A program made the position numbers and the translations under genes. A model generated the notes under the pieces. The model was not told where the DNA came from and searched no databases. It saw nothing but the letters and a program-made list of their open reading frames with translations. From Nitrospirota bacterium (GTDB taxonomy: Bacteria; Nitrospirota; UBA9217), in contig CAVWHO010000016.1 of NCBI GenBank assembly GCA_963754875.1, forward strand, positions 448,001 through 512,000: a stretch of 64,000 bases of DNA, written 5' to 3'. Of this stretch, positions 17,972-27,672 are shown in pieces; positions within the stretch are counted from its first letter, which is position 1, and every line of letters begins with the position of its first letter.

Positions 17972-20812
17972 CTAAAAATCCTTTTCTCCGCGGTCGCTGA
18001 GCACATGCGCAATCATGGAGCGGTACGCCTCTTCACCTTCCGGCCCCATGTGGGCGATCAAGTCGATACCGGCATGCTGGTAAATATCTCTCCAATCCTC
18101 CCGGTGCCGTACGGCAAGTTTCGGATTCAGGACATACCACCCCTGCCGTTCGCGTCGGAACAGTCTCCTGCCGTATTGATTCTGGCTTTCCTCTTCGTTT
18201 TTCGACAGGAGCCCTGAGATGTAGGTTCTTTTTTTCCGGTACCCGGGTACAATGCTGTCCGGCAAAAGGGAGCAACTTTCTGCCAGCGTGACGGCGTTGA
18301 GCGAAGCCATGGCCACATACTTCGAGTTGAACCGTTTGTGCAGCAGGGATAAAAAGATGGAGAACAGAAGAAATTCTCCCTGACTGCTGTCAAGTTTCAC
18401 CAGGCGATCCTCGACCTTGAGACTGATATAAGAAGGTGCGAGAAGCTCATGCACAGAGGTAAACTGTTTGGAGGCGAATTCGCGGTTGTGAAGAGCCCAA
18501 TCCAGTGCGCCCAGCCACGCTGTACATCCATAATGGTCAATAGCTTCCGCGTCAGCGCCTGCGGCGAGCAGTTCCCGGATAAGCGCTGCGTTGCCCGCTA
18601 CTGCGGCGAGCATCAGCGGCGTTTTGTTGAATATCATACGGTGGTCGATTCCGTAAGTTTCGCACTGTTTGAGTATGTTCTTATAAAACCGCCCCCTGTA
18701 ATCTTCGTGGTATCGCGCAATCACACCGCTTCTTTGTTGTTCGTACACGGGTTCGTTCAAAGATCGGTAGCCGTACTCTGTTTTAAAAAGCTGCTTTGCC
18801 TTGTCGAATCCTGTCTGGCTTAAGGTGTCCATTAATCGGGGTTCGTCGTAAAACAACGCATAATCGAACAATGTTTTTTTTGGTTTCTGTGATACTTCCT
18901 TCGGGTTTCGAACGTACGCAAGGAGTTTCAGCACATGGTCGGGCGTACACACTTCCCAGGGAACGGCCTGAGTTTTTAGAATACCGCGCCTGATTTCGTC
19001 CGCCTGCTCCTGCCTGCCCTGGAGCTCAAGCTTATGGGCCTCAGCTTGCCATTCTTCGATGCTGGACTGCTTCTCGTCAACAGTCGCATCCTCTCGCGCA
19101 TTCTGAATCCCGAGCATTCCAATGAACGGGTGGTTAATGTCGCTCTCGATTAGATACAGTTTATGCACGGCGCGTGTGACAGCAACATAAAGAGAATTGA
19201 TGAAGAACTTAAAGACCTCAAGGGATTTATCCGTTTTGTCCCGGGCCCGCCGATAATCCAGCTCCCCATTCAAGTCCTCTTCGCTCACCCCATCAATGAT
19301 CTCCCGGAAGTTGGCGCGCTCACTCGATATAAAGTTTACGAGGACAACGTTCTCGTATTCCAGGCCCTTGGCCTCCTGAATGCTGAAGAGCAGCGGCGTA
19401 TCAAAAAACTGCCGCACCAAGTCCTTATCTTCTTCGCGCATGACCAACACGGCGAATTTCGTGGACCTTCGGGTCTTTTGACTCAATTCCCGTTTAGCCT
19501 TATCCGTGTCCCGGACGAAAAATATCTCGCCAGTCCTGTCCGACACACTGTTCATAAGGTAATTGCTTTCCCGGTCGATGGACCCGAAACGTTTGTGTTT
19601 TACCCTGAGCAGCTTGTTCGCAAGTTCGGTAACGGAAACCGAGTTGCGGAAATTTGACTGTAAAATCCGCGTCACCTTGCCTGATTCAAGAGCTTCGGCC
19701 TGATAAAACATGGACTTGAGGCCGCTCCATGAGAAAAAGTTAGGATGGACGATCTGATTAGAGTCGCCGCAGAGAATAAACTCATCTGGTCGCTTCAGGC
19801 TCCGGAGAATAAGCTGAAGCTGAATGTTCGTGATATCCTGCACCTCATCGACAACGACAAAGTCATAAGACTGCTTTACCTGAGGTAAATAGCTGTGCGC
19901 CAGGATATTCGGGTCGTAAAAATCGTTTTCCTTCAAATATGTTAGGTATTTTCCAAATAGCGAGTATACTACTTCGCGCTCATCGGCAAGAAAGATGGAC
20001 TGACGGACCCCGAGCGCGAGGTACTCTTCACGGGAAAGCCATGGTTTGTCTATGACGGATCCGGTCAAGACGCCACGGAACTCCTCATAGAGACGATGTG
20101 CGTCCGAGACACGTTGCTGCTTCGGAATTCTCGTAAGCCATCCGGCATAAGCTCGGTAGGTGATTTCCCTTCCCTCGGGGACTCGCATCGTTTCAAGATA
20201 TTCCCGAAACGATAGGAAGGCTATCTCCTGTTCTTTGTTTTCATAGTGATGGGAATAATAAATATTTCGAGAATTATCCGCGAGGTAGCGTGACAAAGTC
20301 ACATACAGTACCTGGCCATGGGCTTGTTTCATCTTTTCGAGGGTAAGCGCGGTCTTTCCGCTGCCGGCTGGACCGATAATGATGAGCGGCGTTGGATGCT
20401 GAAAGGCTCCTTGCTGATCAGGATCAAAGGATATCACCTTGTCAAGAACATGAAAGCGAATAAGCGCCGGGTTGACATACGAGAGTGTGGGAAGTTTTTC
20501 GTTTTCTACGGCCGTCGGCTCGACAATTGGAATCTTTGCTTCGTCAATTCGAACGCCTCGTAAAAACTTCGATTTGTCATACTCGTGATTAAACACAACC
20601 TCAAGTACAAGGGCATACCTCTCCCCTCCATAGGTCATGATTTTAAAAAGAAGACGATTGGTGTCGTCAAGTTTCGCTCGAAAGAGGTCCTGTTCGGACA
20701 ATTTTTTTACTTCTGCGGAATAGAAATCATCCTTTTCGAGAAATCCGATGAGTTTCCCATATTGCCGTTTTACCTTTGATGTATCAAGGTCTGCATATTC
20801 GATAATTTTCAT
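17972..20812 (-). CDS. RelE-like N-domain / SF1 (UvrD-like) helicase / ankyrin repeat protein
   Basis: GPAGSGKT, VVDEVQD, GDSNQ, NFRNS, EAKGLEY, LYVAVTRA; KTPLMLAAVAGNAALIRELLAAGAD ankyrin; N-terminal VKKL..LFRAKLDDTNRLLF. Confidence 0.88.
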   Translation of the reverse strand: MKIIEYADLDTSKVKRQYGKLIGFLEKDDFYSAEVKKLSEQDLFRAKLDDTNRLLFKIMTYGGERYALVLEVVFNHEYDKSKFLRGVRIDEAKIPIVEPTAVENEKLPTLSYVNPALIRFHVLDKVISFDPDQQGAFQHPTPLIIIGPAGSGKTALTLEKMKQAHGQVLYVTLSRYLADNSRNIYYSHHYENKEQEIAFLSFREYLETMRVPEGREITYRAYAGWLTRIPKQQRVSDAHRLYEEFRGVLTGSVIDKPWLSREEYLALGVRQSIFLADEREVVYSLFGKYLTYLKENDFYDPNILAHSYLPQVKQSYDFVVVDEVQDITNIQLQLILRSLKRPDEFILCGDSNQIVHPNFFSWSGLKSMFYQAEALESGKVTRILQSNFRNSVSVTELANKLLRVKHKRFGSIDRESNYLMNSVSDRTGEIFFVRDTDKAKRELSQKTRRSTKFAVLVMREEDKDLVRQFFDTPLLFSIQEAKGLEYENVVLVNFISSERANFREIIDGVSEEDLNGELDYRRARDKTDKSLEVFKFFINSLYVAVTRAVHKLYLIESDINHPFIGMLGIQNAREDATVDEKQSSIEEWQAEAHKLELQGRQEQADEIRRGILKTQAVPWEVCTPDHVLKLLAYVRNPKEVSQKPKKTLFDYALFYDEPRLMDTLSQTGFDKAKQLFKTEYGYRSLNEPVYEQQRSGVIARYHEDYRGRFYKNILKQCETYGIDHRMIFNKTPLMLAAVAGNAALIRELLAAGADAEAIDHYGCTAWLGALDWALHNREFASKQFTSVHELLAPSYISLKVEDRLVKLDSSQGEFLLFSIFLSLLHKRFNSKYVAMASLNAVTLAESCSLLPDSIVPGYRKKRTYISGLLSKNEEESQNQYGRRLFRRERQGWYVLNPKLAVRHREDWRDIYQHAGIDLIAHMGPEGEEAYRSMIAHVLSDRGEKDF

Positions 20813-21361
20813 TTGGCGATTATGGTGTCTTCTTGATTTGCAGTATGCACGCAGCCTCAGGGTAATAACTTCGAGCAGCTACTCGGTCTCTCGTGACATT
20901 TTACGCCGATGACAGTTATATCAAAATGGTCGGTTAATTGATACGGAAAGTATAATAGAATTACACTGTAAGATAAAGCAGAAAAAAAAGAAGACGACTA
21001 AATGTTGTGCAAAATTCAGAAAGAAGTGAGCACTGAATCTTCCAACTGATACTCTTCACTTCATACGGCTACCGACGTTCCTCGTTTTCACCTACAAACT
21101 GTTAGAGTTATCACCTCAGGCAACTCCAACAATTCCGGTTGAAACATTGCATGTCATGATTACGACAAAACACACGACGATTAGACCGCCAAATCGTTTC
21201 CAGCCATCATCTTCTGGTGGGTGGCAAGATGATCGGTATGGATCATCCCGTACTGCGACTTCGGTTCATAAGGGATAAACGTCGTATCTATGGGGTCTTC
21301 CGAATGCAATAAACTCTTATGATGCCTAGCGTTTTTCAACACTTTTTTATAAGATCATATG

Positions 21362-22612
21362 TGATCTTCCCCCGAAAAAGTGGACACCTAGTTAAGTTTC
21401 TTTTAGACTCTTTTCGTACTGCTCCGGGCTCTTATATCCCAATCCCGAATGCTTCCTAGTGCGATTATAGAACACTTCCACATACTCAAAAATGCTTAAT
21501 CTCGCTTCTTCACGCGTTCGATACCGTTCACCGTGGACCAGCTCCCTTTTTAAGCGTGCTGAAGAACGACTCCATATAGGCATTATCATAGCAATTGCCT
21601 TTTCTGCTCATGCTCGGCGTTATGCCGTATCGCTTTAGGAGCGCCTGGTATCCATAACTCGCATATTGCCTGCCGCGATCAGAATGATGAATCAGACCCT
21701 CTGGCGGCTTCTCTCTCGTCACGGCCTGCTTTAGTGCTGCAGCTGCCAGTTCCTCCGTCAGCTGGTCTTTCATGGACAGCCCAATGATCTTTCGGGACTT
21801 CACACTCATGACCGCTGATACATAGAGCCATCCTTCGTTGGTCGGGACAAACGTGATATCAGATGCCCAGAGCGGACCTTTATAGCCGTCTTGAATCAGT
21901 AAATTGGCAGCCAACGAATAGTTATGCTTTGAATCGGTGGTCTTCTCGGAACCTCCTCTTCACTTCTGCCCGAATCCCGTTATCTTTCATGATCCTGGCG
22001 ATCCGGTTCTTTCCGCATCTGGTACCTTGCCTCACGGAGTTCCTCGGTTATCCGCGGGCTGCCGTAGACCCTTCTGTTCTTCTGGTGGATCTCTTGGATG
22101 CGATCCAGGAGCTGCTCATTCTCATTCCAGCGCTTGCCTGGTTTTCGCTTCCTCCACGCATAATAACCACTTCGAGAGACTCCCAATACTCTGCACATCA
22201 GCTTAAGCCGATAATACTTCGCGGTGCTTTTCAATGAACAGGTACTTTACCAGCTCCGTTTGGAAAAGACGCCCAAGGCTTTTTTTAAAATGTCCCGCTC
22301 TTCCTTGACGTCCTCCAATTCCTTCTGGAGGCGCTTCAACTCTGCGTCCTCAGGCTTTAAATTCCCTGTTACCCACAAAGGCTCCATCTCCCTCATCTCG
22401 TAAACAGTCCGCCTCCATTGATGCACTAGATTCGGATGAATGTCAAGATCACGGGCAACTTTCCTCACGGGAACACCTTTCTCCATCACTAGCTTAACTG
22501 CATTTCTTTTAAATTCTTGAGTGAATTGACGACGTTCGCTTTTTGCTCCCATAAGCGCCTCCTTTCTGATTTTACACCTATTCGAGGTGTCCATCAAATC
22601 GGGGGAGGCTTA
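21362..22612 (-). mobile_element. IS3-family insertion sequence (orfA 22247-22552, orfB fragmented)
   Basis: Terminal IRs TGATCTTCCCCCGAAAAAGTGGACACCT / TAAGCCTCCCCCGATTTGATGGACACCT; WASDITF, HHSDRGRQY, GNCYDNAYMES motifs; several frameshifts. Confidence 0.92.
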
Positions 22613-22714
22613 TATTGCGTAGTTGGGCTATTTAATCATTGATAACAGGGCAAGTCAAGCAGTTAGAAGACGAAGAAGAACAAGAGGACTCTAGACACTC
22701 ACCTCGTGGTGCCA

Positions 22715-22814
22715 GTTCAGCCAGGTGGAGAAACTCCCGCCGCCGAAGCGTAAGCAGATCGTGCAAATTCTCGATGCCTTCCTGGGAAGTGAAAAGATGA
22801 AGAAGAGCGGCTAA
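22715..22814 (+). pseudogene. 3' fragment of XRE-type regulator
   Basis: Reads SQVEKLPPPKRKQIVQILDAFLGSEKMKKSG-stop, resembling C-termini of XRE regulators seen near rhs loci; no 5' part. Confidence 0.45.
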
Positions 22815-22865
22815 GGTGACTGTCGGGTTTCGCTGTGCTTAACCCGACTTGCCGGCCTGAGACCT

Positions 22866-23129
22866 CTATCGAACATACAATAAGAAACTGACCCCTAGCA
22901 AGCCCAAGCCACCAAAAATAATGCCAAATATACCACCTATATTTTTACGGCCAAAAACACCTAATGAGACGGCGATTATGAAAATTATCAGGAAAAACCA
23001 AAGAGAGTTCCACCATCTTGCTTCTTTTGCGGAAAAGCAAACTACAAACCACATTAAATTCGCGATAGCTAAGATGATGCTGGCACTTCCGCATTTTTTC
23101 TGCCATTGCGAAGAAACGATATTATCCAT
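22866..23129 (-). CDS. Small three-TM protein, putative immunity protein
   Basis: Directly downstream of RHS toxin tip, AT-rich, three hydrophobic segments; start 23129 or 23177. Confidence 0.65.
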   Translation of the reverse strand: MDNIVSSQWQKKCGSASIILAIANLMWFVVCFSAKEARWWNSLWFFLIIFIIAVSLGVFGRKNIGGIFGIIFGGLGLLGVSFLLYVR

Positions 23130-23157
23130 AGAGTATCTTTTATCTCCTTTCTCGACC

Positions 23158-26100
23158 CTACCAGTTTCCGGTTGCATGACTACACGCGCATTTTTCCCAT
23201 CGTTTCACAAGATCTGCATCACATTTCCATTCACAGGTAGTAGTACGCGTTGGGTTCCATCTACTTAACCAATCAACACCGCAGTCCTCATAACATTTGT
23301 CATGTTTTTTACAGGCAGAATCATAACAGTCTGTTGTTGGTCCAGAACCACCAGGACCGCACCAGTTGCCATGCCAGTTTAGCCCTTTAGGATCTTTCCT
23401 GTTCACGGGATTGTCGGCGGTATAATTATAATCAAAAAGATCCATGCCGATCCATACATTATCAGCACCATTCATATCAGGGTATCCATATTGTTTGTTT
23501 AGATACGACGAGATGTTCTTAAGATATATTTTTTTCATCAGGTAGAACTGCGTTAATAAGGGATCAAACTCAATATACTTGCCGATCACTGCGTTGTAGT
23601 CTCTCCACCAATTTTGATTCAGCCCCGTCTCTGCATCGAAGTACTGCCCCGGGAGCCTGAGATTATTGATGATCGTGCTGACTGTAATCGTCGTCTCCCC
23701 GTAAGGTTTATAGTCAGCAGACCAAACAACCGACCCGGAAAAGTCCGTCATCTTCTGCGGGGTGGCAAGATGATCGGTATGATAGTAATAGGTATTGCCA
23801 TTCGCTACCATCGCCAGCGGCTGTCCATTCAAGTATACATATTCCACATTGATTGTACCAGCACTATTTGACTCTGCTATGATCTGGCCACTCTGACTGT
23901 AATGGAAGACGGTTGCTGTGCCATTTACATTCTTTTTCACCCGCTGGCCGTTGCCATTGTAAGTGTAGTACGCCGTTGATCCGCCGTCGTTAACTTGAAT
24001 CAATCTCTGATTCTGGTTATAGATGTACTGCCGCGCGCCTTGGGTCGTCGTATTCCCGTCGTTATCAAAACCAAATGATATGCCATTTGCACTCGTCAGC
24101 TTGTTTGTATTCGATGCATAGGCGTAATTATTAGAGTTCTCCGTCAGCCTGTTACCGACTCCGTCATAGGTCCAGTTGAGGCTTCCCCATGATCCCGTGG
24201 CGCCCGTCAAGCGATCCAATGCGTCGTAAGCAAAGGTCTTGTTTTTTGTGGGATCGAGCGCGTTGGTGATGTGCTGGATATTGGCATTTGGGTCGTATTG
24301 ATCGTAGCTGAGATTCATGACAGCACCAGCTGTGATGCCGGTGATGCGATATTGATTATCGTAGCTGATCGACCCAGATAGTCCGTTACCATACGTCAGC
24401 GACGACATCCCGCCGAAGGGCTTGTAAGTGATATTCGTGGCGAGATTCGAAGCGTTGTTCAGCACGCTGATTACTTTATCACTGCTCATATTGTACATGA
24501 TCACGCGGCCAGACGGATACGTCATGGTCTTGAGGTTGCCATTCTGATCGTAAGTGTATTGCGTGACGTACGGATTGCTGTCGATGACCTTCGTTTCTTT
24601 CCTGACTTGTCCCTTTGGCGTGTACTCGTAACTTGTTATGCCGCTGGCATCGGCAATGGAACACAGCCTGCCCTTGCCGTTCACACACGTGTCGTAAACA
24701 TATCCGATATTCTGTGTCGTATCAGAGAACGCTATTTGCGTCAGCCTGTTCGCGGCATCGTAGGAGTACGATATCGTCACACCTTTCGCATCCGTTTTGC
24801 TGGTCATGTTCCCGGCAGGATCGTAGCTGTAGGTTGTCGTACCGGTATCCGGGGAGATTACCTGATAGACCCTCCCTTTGTCGTCATATTTGTAAGTCGT
24901 CGTATTGGTGTTCGCATCCTCGACTGAGGTCAGGTTATTATTCGTATCGTAGCCGTAGCCGGTGGTGATCGAGCCGGGTTGAATAACTGAAGAAAGCCGA
25001 TTTAGTGCGTCATACGTGTAAGTTGTGAGTGTCATATTCGGACTTTGAAGTGAAATTCTATTACCCTGTGCGTCATAATCAAATTGAGTGTAATTGGTAT
25101 CAGGATTAATAATCTTCGATAGCCTGTTTAAGGCATCATACTGATACGAGAGTGTCTTCTGGAGGGTGCCCGATGCATCTTTGATCTGCTCCGTAAGCTT
25201 GTTCCCTCCCGAGTCATAAGTGTAGTTGATGCTGTTGCTCTGGCTATCCGTGATCGTGGCCGGGTTTCCCAGGGTATCATACGTGTACCAAATCGTGTTG
25301 CCTTCGGGAAGGGTGATGTGATCAATCTTGTTTGGACTGCCGCAGGACAAGCAGCCACCTGCGATGTAGAAATATTGCGTTGGGTTCGTGTCATCAGGTG
25401 CTTTGACGGTCAGCACCCGGCCTGTTGAGTCATAGGTATAATTCGTGGCATTCCCGTTCGGGTCGGTAACGGTCTGGGGATTCCCGAGATTGTCAAAATT
25501 GGAATAAGACGTCGTTCCGCTCAATGGCTGGCTGACTCCCGTGAGGTTCCCAGTCATAGGATCGTAATAGTATGTGGTAACGTCATTTACATCCGTTCTT
25601 GGGCCGTCAATAGTTGCGATCTTTCCGTTTGCGTTGTACGTGTATGTGGTCGTATAGGAATATGGCGTTCCATCTCCGCGCAGGCCGGTTTCTGTCGTGA
25701 AGAGCAGGTTCCCGTTCGTTTCATCGTAGGTGTTCGTCTTGATCCTTCTCTGATTCGGGGTAACCACGCTCGACACCGTCTCCGTGGTAACCAGGTTGTA
25801 GGCAGGATCATAAATATACGTTGTGGTCTTTTGAATAGCCGTTCCCTGGGCCTCTGTTTTGGTGAGCACATTGCCTGTACTATCGTAGGTATAATTGATC
25901 GCATTACGAAGAACGAGCGTTGTGGTGCCCCCGGACATTACATTTTCCCAATGCTCCTCGCGGGTTACCCACGTACTGCTGTTTCTGGTGTAATTGGTGA
26001 CATTTCCAAAGGTGTCTGTGGAACTGATCAACATGCCCGATGTGTCAAAATTTACAGTGCGAGTCTGGGTGTTTAAAAGATTGCCCGTGGCGTCCTTGAT

Positions 26101-27090
26101 CTGTGTGGTCATAACGGTTTGTTGATTGGGGATAACATAGTTGAAGTTGATGACGCCGGTTCCGTGGGTCTGCATGGTGACTCTGCCTGATGGATCATAG
26201 GTGTTTATATAAGCGCCGCTCCCTTCGTCTATGCTGGTTATAAGATGGTTTCTGGACGGGTCGGTGTATCCGTACGCTGAGCTCGTGGTCGGTCCTGTGG
26301 CAGACTTGAGGTTCCCGAAGCTGTCGTGATCGTAAGAAACTGTCCGTCCGGTGCTGTCCGAGAGGCCCGTCAATCTTCCTGTCGAGGTGTCGTATTGCAG
26401 GTCCACGGCCGCCCCTGTGTGATTGCCCGAGGCATCTCGTTCCTCGATCCTGCTTAAATGGTAGTCGTAAGCCACGATGACTGGGTTGGCTTGGTCAAGG
26501 TTTGCCGGCAGGATGCCCCACAGAAAATCCCTCGATCCCGACCGGTAGGAGAAAACGAGAGAGTTCCCTTTCGTGTCAACCATGCTGGCAAGCCTTCCCT
26601 GGGGGTCATAGGTTTCCATCTGTCCGTACTTATCGATGTAAGTGAAGCTGCCATCAGCGTTCGGAATAAGGCTGCCGCTGTCTCCTGTCTGTCCGACATA
26701 GCCGGGGCCGCTCCAAGTGAACCGCGATTTTGCACCGCAGTCCCTGCGAACTGTAACCGAGTTGTCAGGATAGGTGTACAGGCGTTTATCGTAATTTATG
26801 GCCCAGCCGTAACCCAAGGGGCTATCATACGTCGTTTTACTGTTGTAGCTTCTCGTGATCCGGATGGGATAAAGATTCCCAAGGGAGAGGTCCGTGCTCG
26901 GAGCAAAGGTCTCCATGCCTGAGAACAGGCTTACCGGTTTGCCGCCGAAAGCCGGGTTGTTGCTGGCCGTCTTGCCCGGTTGGCAGAAGAGGTCCGGCGG
27001 GCTGTCTTTTTCGTCGTAGTCTGCGTAGGCCACGGTGGAAAACAGAAGCATAAGCAGAACAACGCTCAGTTTACAGGTTCTGTGAAACAT
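23158..27090 (-). CDS. RHS/YD-repeat protein with signal peptide, DUF6531-like domain and PLA2-like C-terminal tip
   Basis: RBS GGAGGT then MFHRTCKLSVVLLMLLFSTVAYA; RSYNS..LGYGW; many YxYD repeats; PGQYFDAETGL, DPKGL; WCGPG..D.AC..HD.CY. Confidence 0.92.
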   Translation of the reverse strand: MFHRTCKLSVVLLMLLFSTVAYADYDEKDSPPDLFCQPGKTASNNPAFGGKPVSLFSGMETFAPSTDLSLGNLYPIRITRSYNSKTTYDSPLGYGWAINYDKRLYTYPDNSVTVRRDCGAKSRFTWSGPGYVGQTGDSGSLIPNADGSFTYIDKYGQMETYDPQGRLASMVDTKGNSLVFSYRSGSRDFLWGILPANLDQANPVIVAYDYHLSRIEERDASGNHTGAAVDLQYDTSTGRLTGLSDSTGRTVSYDHDSFGNLKSATGPTTSSAYGYTDPSRNHLITSIDEGSGAYINTYDPSGRVTMQTHGTGVINFNYVIPNQQTVMTTQIKDATGNLLNTQTRTVNFDTSGMLISSTDTFGNVTNYTRNSSTWVTREEHWENVMSGGTTTLVLRNAINYTYDSTGNVLTKTEAQGTAIQKTTTYIYDPAYNLVTTETVSSVVTPNQRRIKTNTYDETNGNLLFTTETGLRGDGTPYSYTTTYTYNANGKIATIDGPRTDVNDVTTYYYDPMTGNLTGVSQPLSGTTSYSNFDNLGNPQTVTDPNGNATNYTYDSTGRVLTVKAPDDTNPTQYFYIAGGCLSCGSPNKIDHITLPEGNTIWYTYDTLGNPATITDSQSNSINYTYDSGGNKLTEQIKDASGTLQKTLSYQYDALNRLSKIINPDTNYTQFDYDAQGNRISLQSPNMTLTTYTYDALNRLSSVIQPGSITTGYGYDTNNNLTSVEDANTNTTTYKYDDKGRVYQVISPDTGTTTYSYDPAGNMTSKTDAKGVTISYSYDAANRLTQIAFSDTTQNIGYVYDTCVNGKGRLCSIADASGITSYEYTPKGQVRKETKVIDSNPYVTQYTYDQNGNLKTMTYPSGRVIMYNMSSDKVISVLNNASNLATNITYKPFGGMSSLTYGNGLSGSISYDNQYRITGITAGAVMNLSYDQYDPNANIQHITNALDPTKNKTFAYDALDRLTGATGSWGSLNWTYDGVGNRLTENSNNYAYASNTNKLTSANGISFGFDNDGNTTTQGARQYIYNQNQRLIQVNDGGSTAYYTYNGNGQRVKKNVNGTATVFHYSQSGQIIAESNSAGTINVEYVYLNGQPLAMVANGNTYYYHTDHLATPQKMTDFSGSVVWSADYKPYGETTITVSTIINNLRLPGQYFDAETGLNQNWWRDYNAVIGKYIEFDPLLTQFYLMKKIYLKNISSYLNKQYGYPDMNGADNVWIGMDLFDYNYTADNPVNRKDPKGLNWHGNWCGPGGSGPTTDCYDSACKKHDKCYEDCGVDWLSRWNPTRTTTCEWKCDADLVKRWEKCACSHATGNW

Positions 27091-27160
27091 CGATACCTCC
27101 CACTGATTGAAAAAAATAAAACTGGAACAGGTACTACCCGTCCTTTTTTCTACAACCACG

Positions 27161-27619
27161 CTAGTTTAAGGGACAGCAAGCGCCGCCTTGGCATGAGCTC
27201 CACTGTTTATTCGTGCAGGTTTGGCTGCCCGGGCAGCCGTCTACCATCGTGCATGCCTGTGTTTGGCCTTCATTTGTGCAGCAGTTCTGTATTCCGCAGC
27301 AGGAGTCTGAGCTACCGCAGCACGAATTGTCCGAATCGGGCACCCATTCGTATACCTCATCTTGTAAAGAGTACTTGCAATAGTAACCCCAATTTGCACC
27401 CTGCCTGCATCTACGTATTTTTTTCATATCATCTATATAATACCAGTCACCGCAATAACATTCGACCAAATCGCAAGATGCACCATGGGGATTATTATCA
27501 GTGGCGCACGGTGCATCGGTGAGGGTCCAACCGCAAGCAAATGCAGTGATCCCCGAAAGAGCGATTGACAGTACAATCAGAATCTGCAAAGCTATTCTTT
27601 GAAACCAGTTTGATCCCAT
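27161..27619 (-). CDS. Secreted cysteine-rich protein
   Basis: Signal peptide ending AFA-C; 19 Cys in 152 aa including four CC pairs. Confidence 0.8.
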   Translation of the reverse strand: MGSNWFQRIALQILIVLSIALSGITAFACGWTLTDAPCATDNNPHGASCDLVECYCGDWYYIDDMKKIRRCRQGANWGYYCKYSLQDEVYEWVPDSDNSCCGSSDSCCGIQNCCTNEGQTQACTMVDGCPGSQTCTNKQWSSCQGGACCPLN

Positions 27620-27672
27620 ATTCCCCCCTGAAAATCATCTCTGTTCGTAGCTGGCCAACTTCCCTCTTGCCT

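Noticed and set aside
21013..21026. ATTCAGAAAGAAG shared with 466-478
   Set aside because: A 13-mer match is expected by chance in 64 kb and the flanks do not align.
21355..22620. Target-site duplication of the IS3
   Set aside because: Flanks (ATATG versus TATTG) give no clean 3-4 bp duplication at the inferred ends.
27090..27163. Cys-rich gene and RHS gene as one frameshifted ORF (track ORF starts at 27159)
   Set aside because: The RHS gene has its own GGAGGT RBS and a clear signal peptide at 27090, and the intervening stretch does not look coding.
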